From Phoronis australis (lineage: Eukaryota > Animalia > Phoronida), in assembly GCA_002633005.1 (NCBI GenBank), contig NMRA01000142.1, positions 124,001 through 188,000 of the forward strand: a stretch of 64,000 nt of DNA, read 5' to 3'. Positions within the stretch are counted from its first letter, which is position 1; every line of letters begins with the position of its first letter. The notes beneath the pieces were generated by a model, which had not been told where the DNA came from, did no database searches, and worked only from the letters and a program-made list of their open reading frames with translations. Below, in pieces: positions 28,439 to 42,566 of this stretch. The position numbers and the translations under genes are program-made.

Positions 28439-28578
28439 AGTCAATATCATAAGTTGTGGATAGAACTGAATCATTTCAACTGCGCTTATTTGATAAAAAT
28501 GTCTCCGAATATCTGGGACATTTTTATCAAGTAAGTCTAGTTGAAATGAATTGATTCACTCCACAGTTGATATGGCTG
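28439..28578. repeat. Long imperfect palindrome (fold-back element)
   Basis: TCATTTCAACTGCGCTTATTTGATAAAAATGTCTC pairs with GGGACATTTTTATCAAGTAAGTCTAGTTGAAATGA. Arms extend to ~65 bp around a ~10-nt loop. Confidence 0.75.
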
Positions 28579-29590
28579 GATGGATCAAGACTGCATTTCA
28601 TTACTCAATGTCCTAAGCAACAACAATTGCTTTACGTTTTTGGCAAATTGTGACCAATCCCCTTACATTGTGAAAGTAGCAGCACTGCTAGTCATTGTTG
28701 TTTCAAAACTTTGTTGTTTATGTGTGAAAAGTCTTTCCTCATTTATAAGACCGGATGTTCCTGGATTTGGAGTTAAGCAGAACTGTTTGGAACTTTTACT
28801 GTTTAAAAATGGTTTACTTTTAACACTAATAAGGCAAAAAGTAACGAAGTTAAATTACCATTGTTAATGAATGAACTTAATATCTGTTTTGTTTATTTTT
28901 GTAACACCCATTGTGTTTTTAGTTTCGTAGAACTTAGTATTTGCATAATCATTATGACAGTTATTTTCGTATAATAATCTTCCATTTTGTATTTTATTAT
29001 GAGGTATGTCATTATTGGTAGTATTTTATGTTTCCCTAAACACTTCTGGAATACACGGATTGGCACTGATCATTTGGTGTCGGTTACCAGGCATGGTGTT
29101 GAGAAAGTTACCTGCTTGGCCTATTGCTTCAAGTCCCCTAAGCTAAGTACACTGCTCAGGTCAAGACGTGGTAATACCATGACTGATGCACTAGTCCAAT
29201 TGGTTTCATGGACTTACCACTTTCCTTCGTGGGTAACCATCATTCAGTTATACCCTGAGCTTAATGTAATTTGATGCCATTGGCTGAGCAGGTTGCTCTG
29301 TACCATGCCTTATTAAGCTAGTCTACCCTTTTGTGTTCATGTTTATGTGCTTTTCCTTCCCTAATATTGACAAAGTAATGTATAATTTTCTTCAATTTTG
29401 AATATTTACATAAAAATGTATAGGTTAGGTGTATCATGTTCCAAAATTCTACATATTTTAGACTATTTAAATTTATATGCTCATATAAACGTGTGTTGGG
29501 TATTTTCACTGCAGGTGCGATTCTAAGAGTGTTATTGTTGAACATGTATGAATCTCTGCTTCATTTGCCAAGTCACTATTGAACATTCTA

Positions 29591-29793
29591 CAGGGCTTGG
29601 AATTTTCCTGTTTCCTTTTTTTGCATCCCTTTTTATCATTATTTTGACTTTATTCACGCAAAAACGTTTATTTCTCAACCAGTTAAATGTTACAGCACAG
29701 AAATTAATTCTTTCACACAAGCCTATTTATTTGTGGAACGATGCGTCACCTGGAAAATTTTCCTCTTTTTGTCACTGGCTATTCCAAGCCCTG
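29591..29793. mobile_element. CAGGGCTTGGAAT-ended family, copy 4
   Basis: Perfect 13-bp TIR CAGGGCTTGGAAT / ATTCCAAGCCCTG and perfect 6-bp TSD ATTCTA. Confidence 0.88.
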
Positions 29794-30692
29794 ATTCTAT
29801 TTGCCAAAGACTGTTGGCATTTGTTGTGTTGCTTTGATAGTCTGAACTCGTCATGTAAGGGTACCAGGCATTCGTGAGCACTTGCGTCATTCCTAAGAAC
29901 TTTTGAATCTGCATAATTCATTGAATCATGCATGCGATATCTTAAACACGAACAAGATTGATCATGGGTGCCCATCTGCATAATTGTAAGTCATCGTCAG
30001 AACCACTTAAATGGATGCCAATCACAAATGCGTTCTCTCGTTATTCCCGTTATTATTCGTGTGTATGACGATGTGGTCGTTGGAACGTGTGATTCAACGG
30101 TTTGCGTTTCTGATACAATAATTCGGCTTACAGTTGCCTACAAGCCTTGTTATGAGACTTCCTGATAAAATACGAAGAATTCTTTTGGGACCACCACACC
30201 TTCAGATTAGGTGTGCCTCTGGCCACAAGGGAACTGAGTTTGAGTCTTATGTTCTAATATATTTCCCGCTAAAACCAGTAATTTGGTGTTGACCTTTTGG
30301 TGCCATGATAACTGTGAAATATCAGGTTAATGGGTTTGTGCTTTGTTGTGATTCGTTGCCATACTTTATTCATGTAAAGAATATTATTAATAAACCAGAT
30401 ACCATCATAATTCAGATTGTGAATTTCAACATGAAAACCATTGCGTTCGTGGTTGAAGATTTTTTTTCTATTTTTCTGGTCACAATGATATAATGTTAAA
30501 ATTTCTATACGAAAAATCTCATTTGAAATTGTAACGTCATGTTTTTTTTTCGCTTCCTTAAAATGACTTAACTGCAAACAACAATAAATAGTTATTAAAG
30601 TTAATCGATTAAAACGTGTAGTTTTTAAATTTCACCTTACTAATGGCATAGATTCTCTCTGACCTCTTGATATAGGAGCAAACAACAAATAT

Positions 30693-31536
30693 TTTATGAT
30701 CGACATATGTCCCGAATGATATATAATAGTTCGTGTGTCGCAAGCTCGTTACCAGAGATGAGACAAACACCGGGGTAGGTGATATAAGGTCATTTATTAT
30801 GACTAGTACAATTACAAGTAAGGACATTTACATGACTAATACAATTACAAGTAATATGTAGTGACTAAACATAAGTAAGGTAAAAAATACTAATCTCTGG
30901 TAAGATGGGCAAATGAAAAGCGCCGGCCACGTACGTGGGAATGCCGAAAAGGGGGATGGTAGGGGGTGGGAAAATTTGAGAAGTTTTAGACATACGTCGA
31001 CGAGGCCGGAACGAAGGAGGTGAACGGGAAACGAGGTTGAGCTATATGTTATATTTATCTAATTGACAGTGCAATGTGAATTCCTAAGGACACGTGACAA
31101 TCATCAACCTAAGAGCCCAGCGCTGACCAAACTCTGGGCACGTGATAACAACTGACCAATGAGGCTGGGAAAACGACGAGTAGTCCTACACAAAAGGAAT
31201 TAATGGACTAGACTGAATTGAGGGGTGAAAGGAGTAAGGTCCATATGCTCACATAAATATATTTAACGAGTGAAATACCATTTATGATCGACATATGTCC
31301 CGAATGATACATAATAGTTTGCGCGTCGCAAGCTCATGAGCAGAGACCGGGGTAGGCGATATAAGGTCATTTATTATGACCAGTGATACAATGTACAAGC
31401 CAAGGTCATTTATGTGACTGATACAATTACAACTGAGTAAAGTCATTTATTATGACTAATACAATTACAAGTAATAGGTAGTGACTAAACATAAGTAAAA
31501 AACTAATCTCTGGTAAGATGGGCAAATGAAAAGCGC
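30693..31536. repeat. Direct repeat pair (30693-30923 and 31281-31536) with internal ~33-bp subrepeats
   Basis: Both copies run TTTATGATCGACATATGTCCCGAATGAT ... CTCTGGTAAGATGGGCAAATGAAAAGCGC. The subunit AAGGTCATTTATTATGACTAATACAATTACAAGT occurs about 2 times in the first and 3 times in the second. Confidence 0.85.
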
Positions 31537-32238
31537 TACATGAGATGTAGTAAGACAGCTCGTCTGAACTGAAACTTTTAAATCTTGTTTGTCAAACCAA
31601 GGTCGGTGGTGTGTTTTCTAGCTTCCGTTATTCCAAATAGTCTTAGTGAAGATGAGTAAGTTGTAATGTTAAGAATAATATGTTTAAGTTTTGACATGTT
31701 ACGATGTGTCCAACGTCATCTTCGTAAACAAAATGAGGCCATCTATCGAGGCTTGAACTGGTGTGTGAGAACGAGCTATATACACAAGACGTCAATGGTA
31801 ATTCACCAAACTAGTGACAACCTGCTGTGAGCCAACTGTTTGTTCAAACCAGACTCCCGTTTAGTAACCCTAGGACGTTGCTCAAAAGTGAGACTTCGCG
31901 AGATTACGTGAGATATTGCCGTGTATTTTAAAGAGAACACGTGACTTTGACTAGATTTTAGCTAGGTCCTAGTGTTACTGAACGCACGCCAGGCTTGATC
32001 CTTGATCTTGATGTGTAGTACTCCGTTTACACCGAACCCTGGAATTTGAGACATGACGACGCCCGGATTTTCTTGTAAATCTGTACTACAATGCAGTCAA
32101 ACGTTTGTTCCAACGTTAGCAACAACCACCAGCATGTTATGCCAGATTTGATGGCCTCAACGCTCATTCTCAGAAGCAATATAAGACAACTGTAACTCAT
32201 ACTTCTCAGAGTGGCTCAGAACTACCGTTGGGATCGTT

Positions 32239-35200
32239 ATGTCTACTCTCCGGACAAAAAACAACGACTGTGACCCTAGTGGACACGGTGTCGCAGATTA
32301 TTCTGAATCTGCAGACGGCTTCGCGAATTTACGACCCGAAGAAAGTTCTTCTGGCGACGAGAGTTTCCAATATTTTCCATATACTAGGGTGTCCCCTGAT
32401 CTGGTGAACACTCCAAATGGGCATTTGGAGCAACAGGATCGAGTTCTGGCGAGGCGACGACGTGTTTGGACCATGGTCTGTCTCTCAAGTGTACATGTGG
32501 CGCTTGGGGCCTGTTTTGGAATCCTGGCACCGTTTTTTCCACAAGCGGTAAGACTAATGGGTACTGAAACAAGTGCTAACCTAAAGATAATAGATAATAA
32601 CCATGGCACTTGACCACTTAAATCATCGACTGCAAAAATGCTTCTGTGATCCTCGCCAACTCTAATAACTCGTTGTCAGTTCTGTCGAAGCCTTGGAATC
32701 ACCTCCAATTTGACTACGGTTTGGGGTCTAAATCAAAACTTCTCTTGATATGAAAAACGGGTATATGGACGCTTTAATGAATTTTATTTGTTGTAGGCTG
32801 CTAGAAAGGGGACCAGTTCTACTGTTGTCGGCTTTATTTTTGGTGTCTTCCAGTTGGTGGTGTTTGTGACGTCACCGATCGTTGGCTCGCTGGTAGTAAT
32901 CTCAGCTTACAAATTATCTATGTATGATAGACTATTTTACCTTTTTTTCTGAAAACATCTATGAGTTTAAGTTATAGTCCAATTATCTATTTCACAGCCT
33001 TTTGATTTATTGACTCTTAAATTATGTTTGTTTGCTCGTCAATTTTATCCTGACTTTAAATTCGGATGTTCACGTTTTCGTCCATTTTGCTGTCAATTGC
33101 GCAATATGGTAGAGACCTTCACCTTTGGTAGACAAACTTGCAAAAAAGATGTCTGTTACTTTAGCTCTCAAGAGTTGGTGTCAAGTTCATGCTGGTAGCT
33201 GGAATATTCATCGGTGGAACCAGTATAACTTTGTTCGGGTAAGTTTGCAACTTGACGAAGCAGAGATGGTTCTGTATGGAAATGGTTGTCTTCCCAAGGT
33301 TTAAAAAGTCGCAAAAACAATATTTTCTTCACAAGCGTATTTACTCATTTATAACAATGCCATCGCATTCTGACAACTTGTTAGAGCTGAGGTTGATTGC
33401 AATATAACGGCTGGAAAGTTCCATGATGGCAACAACCCAATACCAGACTTAGTTTTCACGCACTCGGCTATTTTTCTTATATAGACCCCAATATTGCTGC
33501 TAAAACGATTGATAATCTTGCCATCCGCAATTGCATAACATTGTACTTGACGTGTATTCGCTAGTTAAGACTTCAATGTAAATGAGTTATATCTGGTATA
33601 CAGTTGCCCATTGCCCTACCCATGTATAGTTCAATACAGGTGTAGTGTCTTTGTTGCTTTTTTGTTTCTTAATGAGTGTTGATAAAGAAAATTAAGAACA
33701 GCAGCTGTCATTACAACAAGAACGTCCATGGCTCAGCAGTTGAAGAATCCTTCTCATCATGTGGAGAACTATTAGTTATTAGGAAAATATACTGAGCGAT
33801 CAGATAAGGACGGGATTTCTTGAATAAAAGTTTAATGTATTAATAGCAGATCCATGAAGCTATATATTTTGAAAATCCTAGATGATCACTTAATCTCTTG
33901 CATCAACAAAAGGTATCTCCTTGGATATTGCGAAGTATTTTTCACGGAGAGGGCCCTACTTTGGAATGGGTACCCGGTAAAATGTGCTTTTTGACCTCCT
34001 TTAAACCCGTCAGAGGTCATTCCACTTCGGCGGCTGAAACTAACCCGCCGTCACTGACAAGACTGCTCTAAAGAAATAACCATGCGCGCACGAACCCCCT
34101 CCCATTTGCCGAAGTGGGCAAAAAGGTCCACCTCAGGAGAAACGAAAACTCAGAAAAATAGAAAATGAGACTAAAATCCACTAAAGAGACAGAAACTACC
34201 AATATTCGGCGAATGCGCAATTCATAGCTGCTCTGAACGTACTCTGTGAATCTCAAGGTACGGCATCCTCAAAAATTCGAGCCCCCCATTTTTGGGCTAG
34301 CTGAGAGCGCATGAGAACTGTCAAGTTCTCACAAGCTTAGGAATCGTTTATCATCTGAGGTGATCCAATTAATTATGGCGTTTATGTCAAATCTTGCTTT
34401 TGACTGAAACCGAAGCTTCACTGTCCTTTTAAACAGGCTGGTGAACCTCTCCAAGAATGCTCTTCAGATGCAGTCACTGAAAAGTGTAAAATTCTGTGGT
34501 CTGTTTCAGCTTCGTTTGAAACTCGTAATATACTGCAGTTGCTCTGACTAAAGTTTGACTCAACACTTTTGACCATAAGATAATCACAACTAAGGGTCTA
34601 TTAACTGCATGGATAAGCATCGTGCTTCTTTGCTGGTATATGTGGTTTTAATATTTGTTAAAATTTTGTGTTTGTCCTGTAAGACTACTCGACATGTCTC
34701 CAAATGGTACTGTCTACATCGCCATGTGTTTTGTGTGTCGCTCCTTCGAAGCTGTTGGTTGCGCCATGACCAATACCGCAAGTTTAGCTATTGTCGCCAG
34801 CGAATTTCCAGACCACGTGGCCACATACGTAGTAAGTATCTCCGGATTTACCACCAACAATAAAACCTGGCCTAATAGTACAAGTTCCTTAGGCTCAAGA
34901 AACTCGCGAAGGAAGCTAATGCATACACGTGCTTCGCTTGTAATGCACGTGATATCTCTCGGAGCCGCGTGATTCGCGTTTCCGCGAGGTTCTCGTGTTT
35001 ACAGGACGCACATCTGTAGTCATTTAAAAGGCTACTTATCCCTGTTTTCTCACCCGAAACTGGTTCAGTCACTTTAATTGTTTGTAAATGTAAGCCTACA
35101 ATAGAAAAATAGGCCAATATTATTAAACCCAAAACTTTCCCACCAAAACTTCCTGTCGTGAAGTCGACCCTGTGTTTGACGTGGAACGTATTTCTCTACA

Positions 35201-38200
35201 CACGTCGGTTAACTCAAACGAAGTCGTTCTTGTGGCCGATTTGAAAAGTAAACTTTATTCAGACCTTTTAGGTTTAGCGAGGGTTGCTGAACATTTATTT
35301 ATTGAATATTTCAGTAACCAAATCGTAGATATTGCCTGCCTGTTAAAGAAGGGTTCAGTATTTTATTGCTGAAGTCTAAATAAGAATATTGATAACGGTT
35401 ACTTTGATTCGAAGAATCGCAGAAACTCATACGACTCTACAATAATCTCCTGGCTTTGTTGAGCGATTGCTAAGCATCCTCAAATGAACCTTGGCAAATT
35501 TAAGCAAACTTCACACGTTTCAAAAGTTTTTTGTGTGTCATCACATGCAATGAACGAACCAGAAGATTCTCCCGCAAACGCCATTTCTGCTTGGGCTAGA
35601 CGTATTCGTGCATTTTGCGTCTAGTGACGCGTGCTTGCTGTGGTGCGCGTTGTCAGATCCGTTTTTCGATAAAGCTTTGCAATATCGCGCCTAGTACCTT
35701 GATGCATGCTGAGGAGAAAAGGGTGGTTTGACGTGGACTGGAGAAAGTGTGCGTCGGCTTATACGCGCGAAGTTAATGACCGTCTATACATACACGAGCT
35801 CATATCGCATTAGCCAAATGTTGAGATTGGGCTTATAATATCGGAGGGTCTGCTTATGATACCCGGGGTTAATCGTATACTCGGGGATGGGCTTATACCT
35901 GGGTGGTTACAACAACACAATAAAACTTCGGAATGAATTTCTAGTCAGAATGATGTTACGACAGTCTATTGTTTCATTGTACCTTCATTGATGCAAAAAC
36001 GCATTTTGGAACGAAAGCAGTTTTTATGACACGTAACCTTGTCTTTACATTTTCAGGGTTTTTTAGAAACGGCTCTTGGTATAGGTATGATGGCAAGTCC
36101 AGCGCTTGGTGGCGTTTTGTACGACGTAAGAACTGTTTTACCTGCTGTTTTCAAATTGACAAACCAGATTTATTTTCAAGAACACCTTCTAATGCTAAAA
36201 CGTTTTCCATTTCTTTATTGCATTCTATTGATCTTCGCGTGTTTTCGGTCTATTTTTGCAGTTTGGAGGGTTCCAATTACCATTCTTTGTTGTCGGCGGT
36301 GTCATGTTTTCGTGCACATTGTTGACAGTGGTTTTCTTACCCAGTGACGGTAGGATGCATGTTCATGTTAATCACTATTCAGCCATTACTCGTTACTCTT
36401 GTATAAACAGTGAAAATGTGGAGACGGTGACGTTGGGTTGAAGTAGCCAGGACTGTTTGAGAACTAAGAATGCGGCGACCGTGGTAATAGTTTGTTCGCT
36501 AACAATGTCTTAAATGGTGTTGGTTGTAGTGTTGTAGATGGTTATGGTGAGATGTTGTGAGAGAGGACGTTTTAATACATTTAACGATACTAGGCTAAAT
36601 ACAAGAAGACGTTAGGAAGATACCAACGTAACTGATTGGATTTCCGTTTTTTGGAGGCCATCTTGTCGCAGTGGCGATTACCGCGGTGATGTAGTGACGG
36701 TGGCGATGCTGGGGATGATCGGGTGGCAGGGATAATGACAGTGATATGACGGTGACGGTATTGTCCAAGTGATTTCGTTAATAATAACGGACGAAGTGAA
36801 AATGGCTTGCTATGATGCTCATTGGACGGTTATCGCGACTCTGAATGCCTGAATTTCTGTCGTTTGATAACGGCTTCATTACGTACGTGTATCATCAACA
36901 GATAATTACGTGCACTTGCAGGTCCAAAACAAAAGTTTTCTGGCTCGATGACAAAATTAATACGGATACCGTCTATTCTGATAATTTGTGCCGTAGTTAC
37001 TGCGAGCTCCGCGGCTCTGGGGTTTCTCGAGCCTACGTTGGCTGCCCACCTGGACAAAGTGAACATGGTAAGATCCTTTAAACATCATTTGCCGGAAATA
37101 TCATGACTTTTTGAGGAAGTTATCTAAACAATCATTAACATTGTCTCTCTGGAATTTAGAGTGTATTTATCGTTTGAACAGTATGGGTGTCGGCGAGATT
37201 TACAACAGCTTTTGTGACCGAAACGAGTAGTACATGTAAGCCTAATGATATTGGTGCGGTGTAATTCGTACAAACACCAAGAGGGCCTGTGAGTTTATCT
37301 TCGTGTTGTATGATTCTGTTTCTACAACAGGTACCCCTGAGTTACTCCGTCAAAGGTGCGATATTTCTCATATGCCCAGGCGTTTACGGACTGTCTGCTC
37401 CTGTATTTGGGATCCTCAACGACAAATTCGTACGTATAATCCTGACATTTATATCTCTCTCAGAGAGTAGTCATTTTTACCAATACTACTAGTGCAAACT
37501 TATTGGCAATTTATCTCCAGAAGTGAACTCCACGTATTTCTTGCTCTTCCTGTAACTCACATTACTTGGCAAACTCCAGGTATTGGCATTGCTGACGGTT
37601 TGTGAAAACGCACAGTTAAAGGGACACTGTCGTTTTTGCGATCGAAAAAACGCGCTTTGGGGTTATTGTTGGGTGGGATAGACTTTTTGAGGTTATTGGC
37701 TTTGAACAAAGCTACAACTCAAGGAAATAGGTTGTGTTTTGTGATTTTATTCTCTGATTTCAAGGTCGGTAACTTCACAGGTTAAATACGATGAAAATAT
37801 TCTGTGATTTATAATGAGGAATTTAGCTAGTCATCAAAGCGTTTGGCTGCGAACGCAAAGGTTCCCCAGTCCAATCCACATGGTGCTGGTTGCGCTGTTT
37901 GGCTTAACTTCTCTCGCCAGATAATGTCTTTAACGTTCATGTTTGTACAACTACAAAGACATTTGGATTGTGTGCCCGTATTCATGAATAACAAATCTTG
38001 CCTTCGATTTTTTAATGGAGTCATGTTATATTGTTCGTGCATCTCCCATTAAAATGACAAAGTCCTAGTTATATTGTTTCCTTGTAGAACATTGCCAAGC
38101 CGATGATGGTGATTGGATGTTTTTTGATGTCAGCCTCGTTCTTTCTTGTCGGTCCTTCTCCGGTGGTAAATATTCCGTCGTGAGTACTTTTCCAAACAGC

Positions 38201-39969
38201 ATTTCTTGCCGAACGAAAAAAGATATATTTATGTACAAAAGCCTGCGAAATAATTTCCCGTGAACGGCGTACTCATGCGTCTATATTTGAAATCGAATAG
38301 GCAACAACTAGTCAAAGCAATCGCAAGTTCCTTAATGCGAGTATAGGCGTAGTTTCAAATGGGTTTTCATGCATTTCAAAATGGACACACAATATCAGAG
38401 AAAAAAAATCTCTATCGTATGTGTCAACACCAACGGTTGCAACGATGACCTTCTATAGCGCTTTGGAGACTCCAATCGTTCGTCAAATGTTTTTTTATAA
38501 CCTAGCTCCTCGAGCAATATTTATGGCTCATAATATTCGTGCATGTGGAAATAACAACTTCTGTTCCCTGTTCTGGTTTTCATGTTCACGTAAGTTTCGA
38601 CTCTGTATGCATGAAGAAAACTCTCGCGTTTAGACTGTGGTGTTTATCCAGTCTCAGTACTGCACCCCGCATGATCGAACCAGAATGACCAGTGATAAAC
38701 CCCCAACATTCTCTGTTTTGATTTATTCAAGTGAAAATAAAAGAACAAATCTGTATTTTTTGCGCAAGATCTGTTTTCTCGTCATCCACAAGCTGAATTC
38801 GTCCCAAGAAGTCAAAGAATTATATTTTGATCGTCTTTTCAGGACTCTGTGGCTCGTTATAGTCTCTCTAGTTCCCTACGGTTTGGGTGTTTCCATGGCG
38901 ATACTTCCTACATTCCAACAGTGCCTTAGAAGAGCACGGTGAGAAACCACAGTTGCAATTTTTTAAGTTAAACTTTAAGGATTTGATGAGACAGAGTGTG
39001 ACTGAATTGATCCATTAATTCAATATATATATTTCAATAAAGGGTGCCATCTGTTGTAGGGTGAATGGGTTCGAAGACAATCTGAACACCTACGGTTTAG
39101 TTTCTGGTCTCTTTAACAGTTCCTTTTCATTTGGGTAAGTCTAACTCAAGCTATCTGAAAAACACGGCTCACGCGCTCACCGACGAACATAGCTCCGAAC
39201 TCATGAATACGGCTCACGGGCCTGTAAGTATAAACTCGAATCCGACTGACTGACAACATGGCCCCACAGTCACATGACACGGCTTCTGGAACGCAAATAC
39301 GAATTTGAAGCCTGTAAACACGACCCGTTGTCTCTTCGCTGAGTCATGCACGTGATTCTTAGTCGGGTAAGCCAATGAATCATTTTCGGGTTGCGCCAAG
39401 CCGTATATATGAGTGCGGGACGGTTTTTGTTCGGCTGTGAATTGAGTTTATAATTCCTCGATCAGTGTTCACGAGTGCCTGCATGTGACGCCGTCTCATT
39501 CTTCTGTTAATCTCTACTGAAATGCATGTATTTCACGTTAACTTTTCTTTTAGTCAACCTTGAATGGTTGTTTTGTTTGGACATCAGTGGGACAATCAGA
39601 ACCTGGCTATTAAATGACAGGGATACATCACCGTGTTTTCTGGCACGCACAAAACAAAATGCTGTTAACTCTGATGTTTTGCGAGCAAAGAAGAGACATT
39701 TTATCACCAAATTAGTGAAATGCCACGCATCGATCTTTTTTCAAATTGCTAGCTAGATACCAATGGAATTTGGAGGATAATCCTTTTTTGGCTTTCAAGC
39801 GTTGGTGCTGATTGACAGCTTCCACCTTTTAATTGATGCGAACGCGTGTGATATTGTCAGATTAATTCTTTTCAGAGCTTTCGCTGGACCAACTTTGGCA
39901 GGTTACTTGATTCAAATCTACAGCTTTGAATGGGCTACGACTTACTGGTCTTTTGCCATTGGCGCCATG
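32239..39969 (+). CDS. SLC18B1: SLC18B1-like MFS transporter, tandem paralog b; exons 32239-32547, 32797-32892, 33165-33238, 34684-34831, 36057-36125, 36262-36349, 36922-37067, 37331-37429, 38088-38179, 38843-38938, 39060-39134, 39876-39969; terminal exon not found (read-through stop at 39994-39996)
   Basis: Exon phases and sizes match paralog a (96/74/148/69/88/146/99/92/96/75/94). The frame is open over 462 codons and all splice sites are GT-AG. Motifs GILAPFFPQ, GFLETALGIG, GFLEPTL, TYGLVSGLFNS. Confidence 0.88.
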
Positions 39970-41597
39970 GTAAATACAAGATGCCACAAGATTTAAACAT
40001 TAATTTACTAAGGCTGAAATTAAACTTTTTCAAACACCTAGTATTGCTTAAAATTTTGATTTACCCAACTCTTAAAGGGAAGGTGCAAGCTAACAGTGCA
40101 ATAATCGTTTCCGATTTTCGCTTTTCGTGCTTTGCTGTGTTTGGGAACGCGAGCTCGCGGTATCAGTTTTGCGTGAACGCAACTCGGTGCTACAGGGTGA
40201 TTCTCCCGAAGCAGGCCCCAAAATCTTGCCAATAACGTATCTCATCTTTAGCTAAGGACCCAAAATTTTGCAAAATCCTACATAATTCTGTTGCGAACAA
40301 ACGCTGCACCGCGCCCCGCGAATAGTTCATTCAACGCCGCTTTTCTACGTTTCTTTTCGGCAGTGCCAACTTCGAGCTCGACGCGTGTATTCTATACACC
40401 TTGTTCACGCAGTCGCCACATTACAAAGACCCCTGTTCGGTTTTAAAAACAATGCGTTCCACGCTTAATAACAGTGCAAAACGCGATTTTTCGCGTGCTT
40501 CGTTATATTTATGTCACAAATGCATTGCCAAAACCTAAAAAGGCCCATTTTTAAAATGGCGACTGCGTGAATAAGGTCTATGGAAAAGTGTATTTTTCAA
40601 TTTGGAAAGGCACGTCAAGTTGTGCTTAAATGCTTATGAGCGACATTTTGAGCACCTACTGTAAAGAGCTTGGCTCATTTGGACAATCTCGTCAGCTCAA
40701 CTACAGGCATGAGGCCCCTTTTTCAGACATTACTGATTCACGCCTCTTTGTGCTCCAATGGACCAAACGCAGCGAACGTCGGGAAATCCGCGGAGACGCC
40801 GCCAAAAACGCATCATCACCTTTTAAAATACATAAAATTGAAAATTTGGCTCCAATCAAAAATGTTAATAAAAGTTTGGGGCCTGTCTTGGGAGCCAGAA
40901 TCACCCTAGGCTGTATAACTAAAACAACTACGTCACAACCGCGTGGAGTATCGCGCGATTTTACGACAGCGTTTCTTGATTTTACAGGGTTTCGTGATTA
41001 TGGTATTCTTCGGAGTATTTTCGGTGTATAGCAGACGGCACAGGGGGAGAAGTGTGCTGCAGGACCTGGGCAATGAAATCACCGTCACGTCATAAGCACC
41101 CAACTTATACCAATGCTCCGAAGAGTGTGGCATATTTTGGGCAAAACGTCCAGAGCAGCGTTACGAAACGAAAACATAAGTTACATCTTGCAAGCGCGAA
41201 CGCAGTAAAAGACCTCTCTAATGTGTGAATTTTTTACGACGCACAAGTTTTCACTCGCACCGCACGACACCCACGAAGTAAAGGGACAGCGTGGATGTGC
41301 TACTACCCAGATTGAGGGAATTGGACCGAGACTTTTGTTGGCATGCATTTTTGCAAAGTCTTTTAGTAATAAAACCGTCAAGACACACTACTCTAGCCTG
41401 ATTTTTAATACTCTCATTAGTTGGTGTTCTATTCTAAATTTTATTGGAACTATATCTATCGTTGTTATTCGCCCACTGTATAAAACCTATGGTATTCAGT
41501 GGCGGATTTAGAGGAGCCCCCCCCCTTAAAACTCTACCAGATTCCATTTGGCAGTTCGGGTGTTCGCCGTCTGACGGGCAAAATCCTGGCTAATACT

Positions 41598-42480
41598 NNN
41601 NNNNNNNNNNNNNNNNNNNNNNNNNNNNNNNNNNNNNNNNNNNNNNNNNNNNNNNNNNNNNNNNNNNNNNNNNNNNNNNNNNNNNNNNNNNNNNNNNNNN
41701 NNNNNNNNNNNNNNNNNNNNNNNNNNNNNNNNNNNNNNNNNNNNNNNNNNNNNNNNNNNNNNNNNNNNNNNNNNNNNNNNNNNNNNNNNNNNNNNNNNNN
41801 NNNNNNNNNNNNNNNNNNNNNNNNNNNNNNNNNNNNNNNNNNNNNNNNNNNNNNNNNNNNNNNNNNNNNNNNNNNNNNNNNNNNNNNNNNNNNNNNNNNN
41901 NNNNNNNNNNNNNNNNNNNNNNNNNNNNNNNNNNNNNNNNNNNNNNNNNNNNNNNNNNNNNNNNNNNNNNNNNNNNNNNNNNNNNNNNNNNNNNNNNNNN
42001 NNNNNNNNNNNNNNNNNNNNNNNNNNNNNNNNNNNNNNNNNNNNNNNNNNNNNNNNNNNNNNNNNNNNNNNNNNNNNNNNNNNNNNNNNNNNNNNNNNNN
42101 NNNNNNNNNNNNNNNNNNNNNNNNNNNNNNNNNNNNNNNNNNNNNNNNNNNNNNNNNNNNNNNNNNNNNNNNNNNNNNNNNNNNNNNNNNNNNNNNNNNN
42201 NNNNNNNNNNNNNNNNNNNNNNNNNNNNNNNNNNNNNNNNNNNNNNNNNNNNNNNNNNNNNNNNNNNNNNNNNNNNNNNNNNNNNNNNNNNNNNNNNNNN
42301 NNNNNNNNNNNNNNNNNNNNNNNNNNNNNNNNNNNNNNNNNNNNNNNNNNNNNNNNNNNNNNNNNNNNNNNNNNNNNNNNNNNNNNNNNNNNNNNNNNNN
42401 NNNNNNNNNNNNNNNNNNNNNNNNNNNNNNNNNNNNNNNNNNNNNNNNNNNNNNNNNNNNNNNNNNNNNNNNNNNNNNNN
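41598..42480. other. Assembly gap (N run)
   Basis: 883 consecutive N; the X-filled ORFs across it are artefacts. Confidence 1.
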
Positions 42481-42566
42481 TTTTTGCGCAAGATCTGTTT
42501 TCTCGTCATCCACAAGCTGAATTCGTCCCAAGAAGTCAAAGAATTATATTTTGATCGTCTTTTCAG

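Noticed and set aside
36505-36765. GT-rich, coding-looking stretch in a paralog-b intron
   Set aside because: Decayed GAT/GGT trinucleotide low-complexity sequence with no credible splice sites or frame.
41499-42554. Long ORFs of 313-351 aa
   Set aside because: They consist of X residues translated from the N gap.
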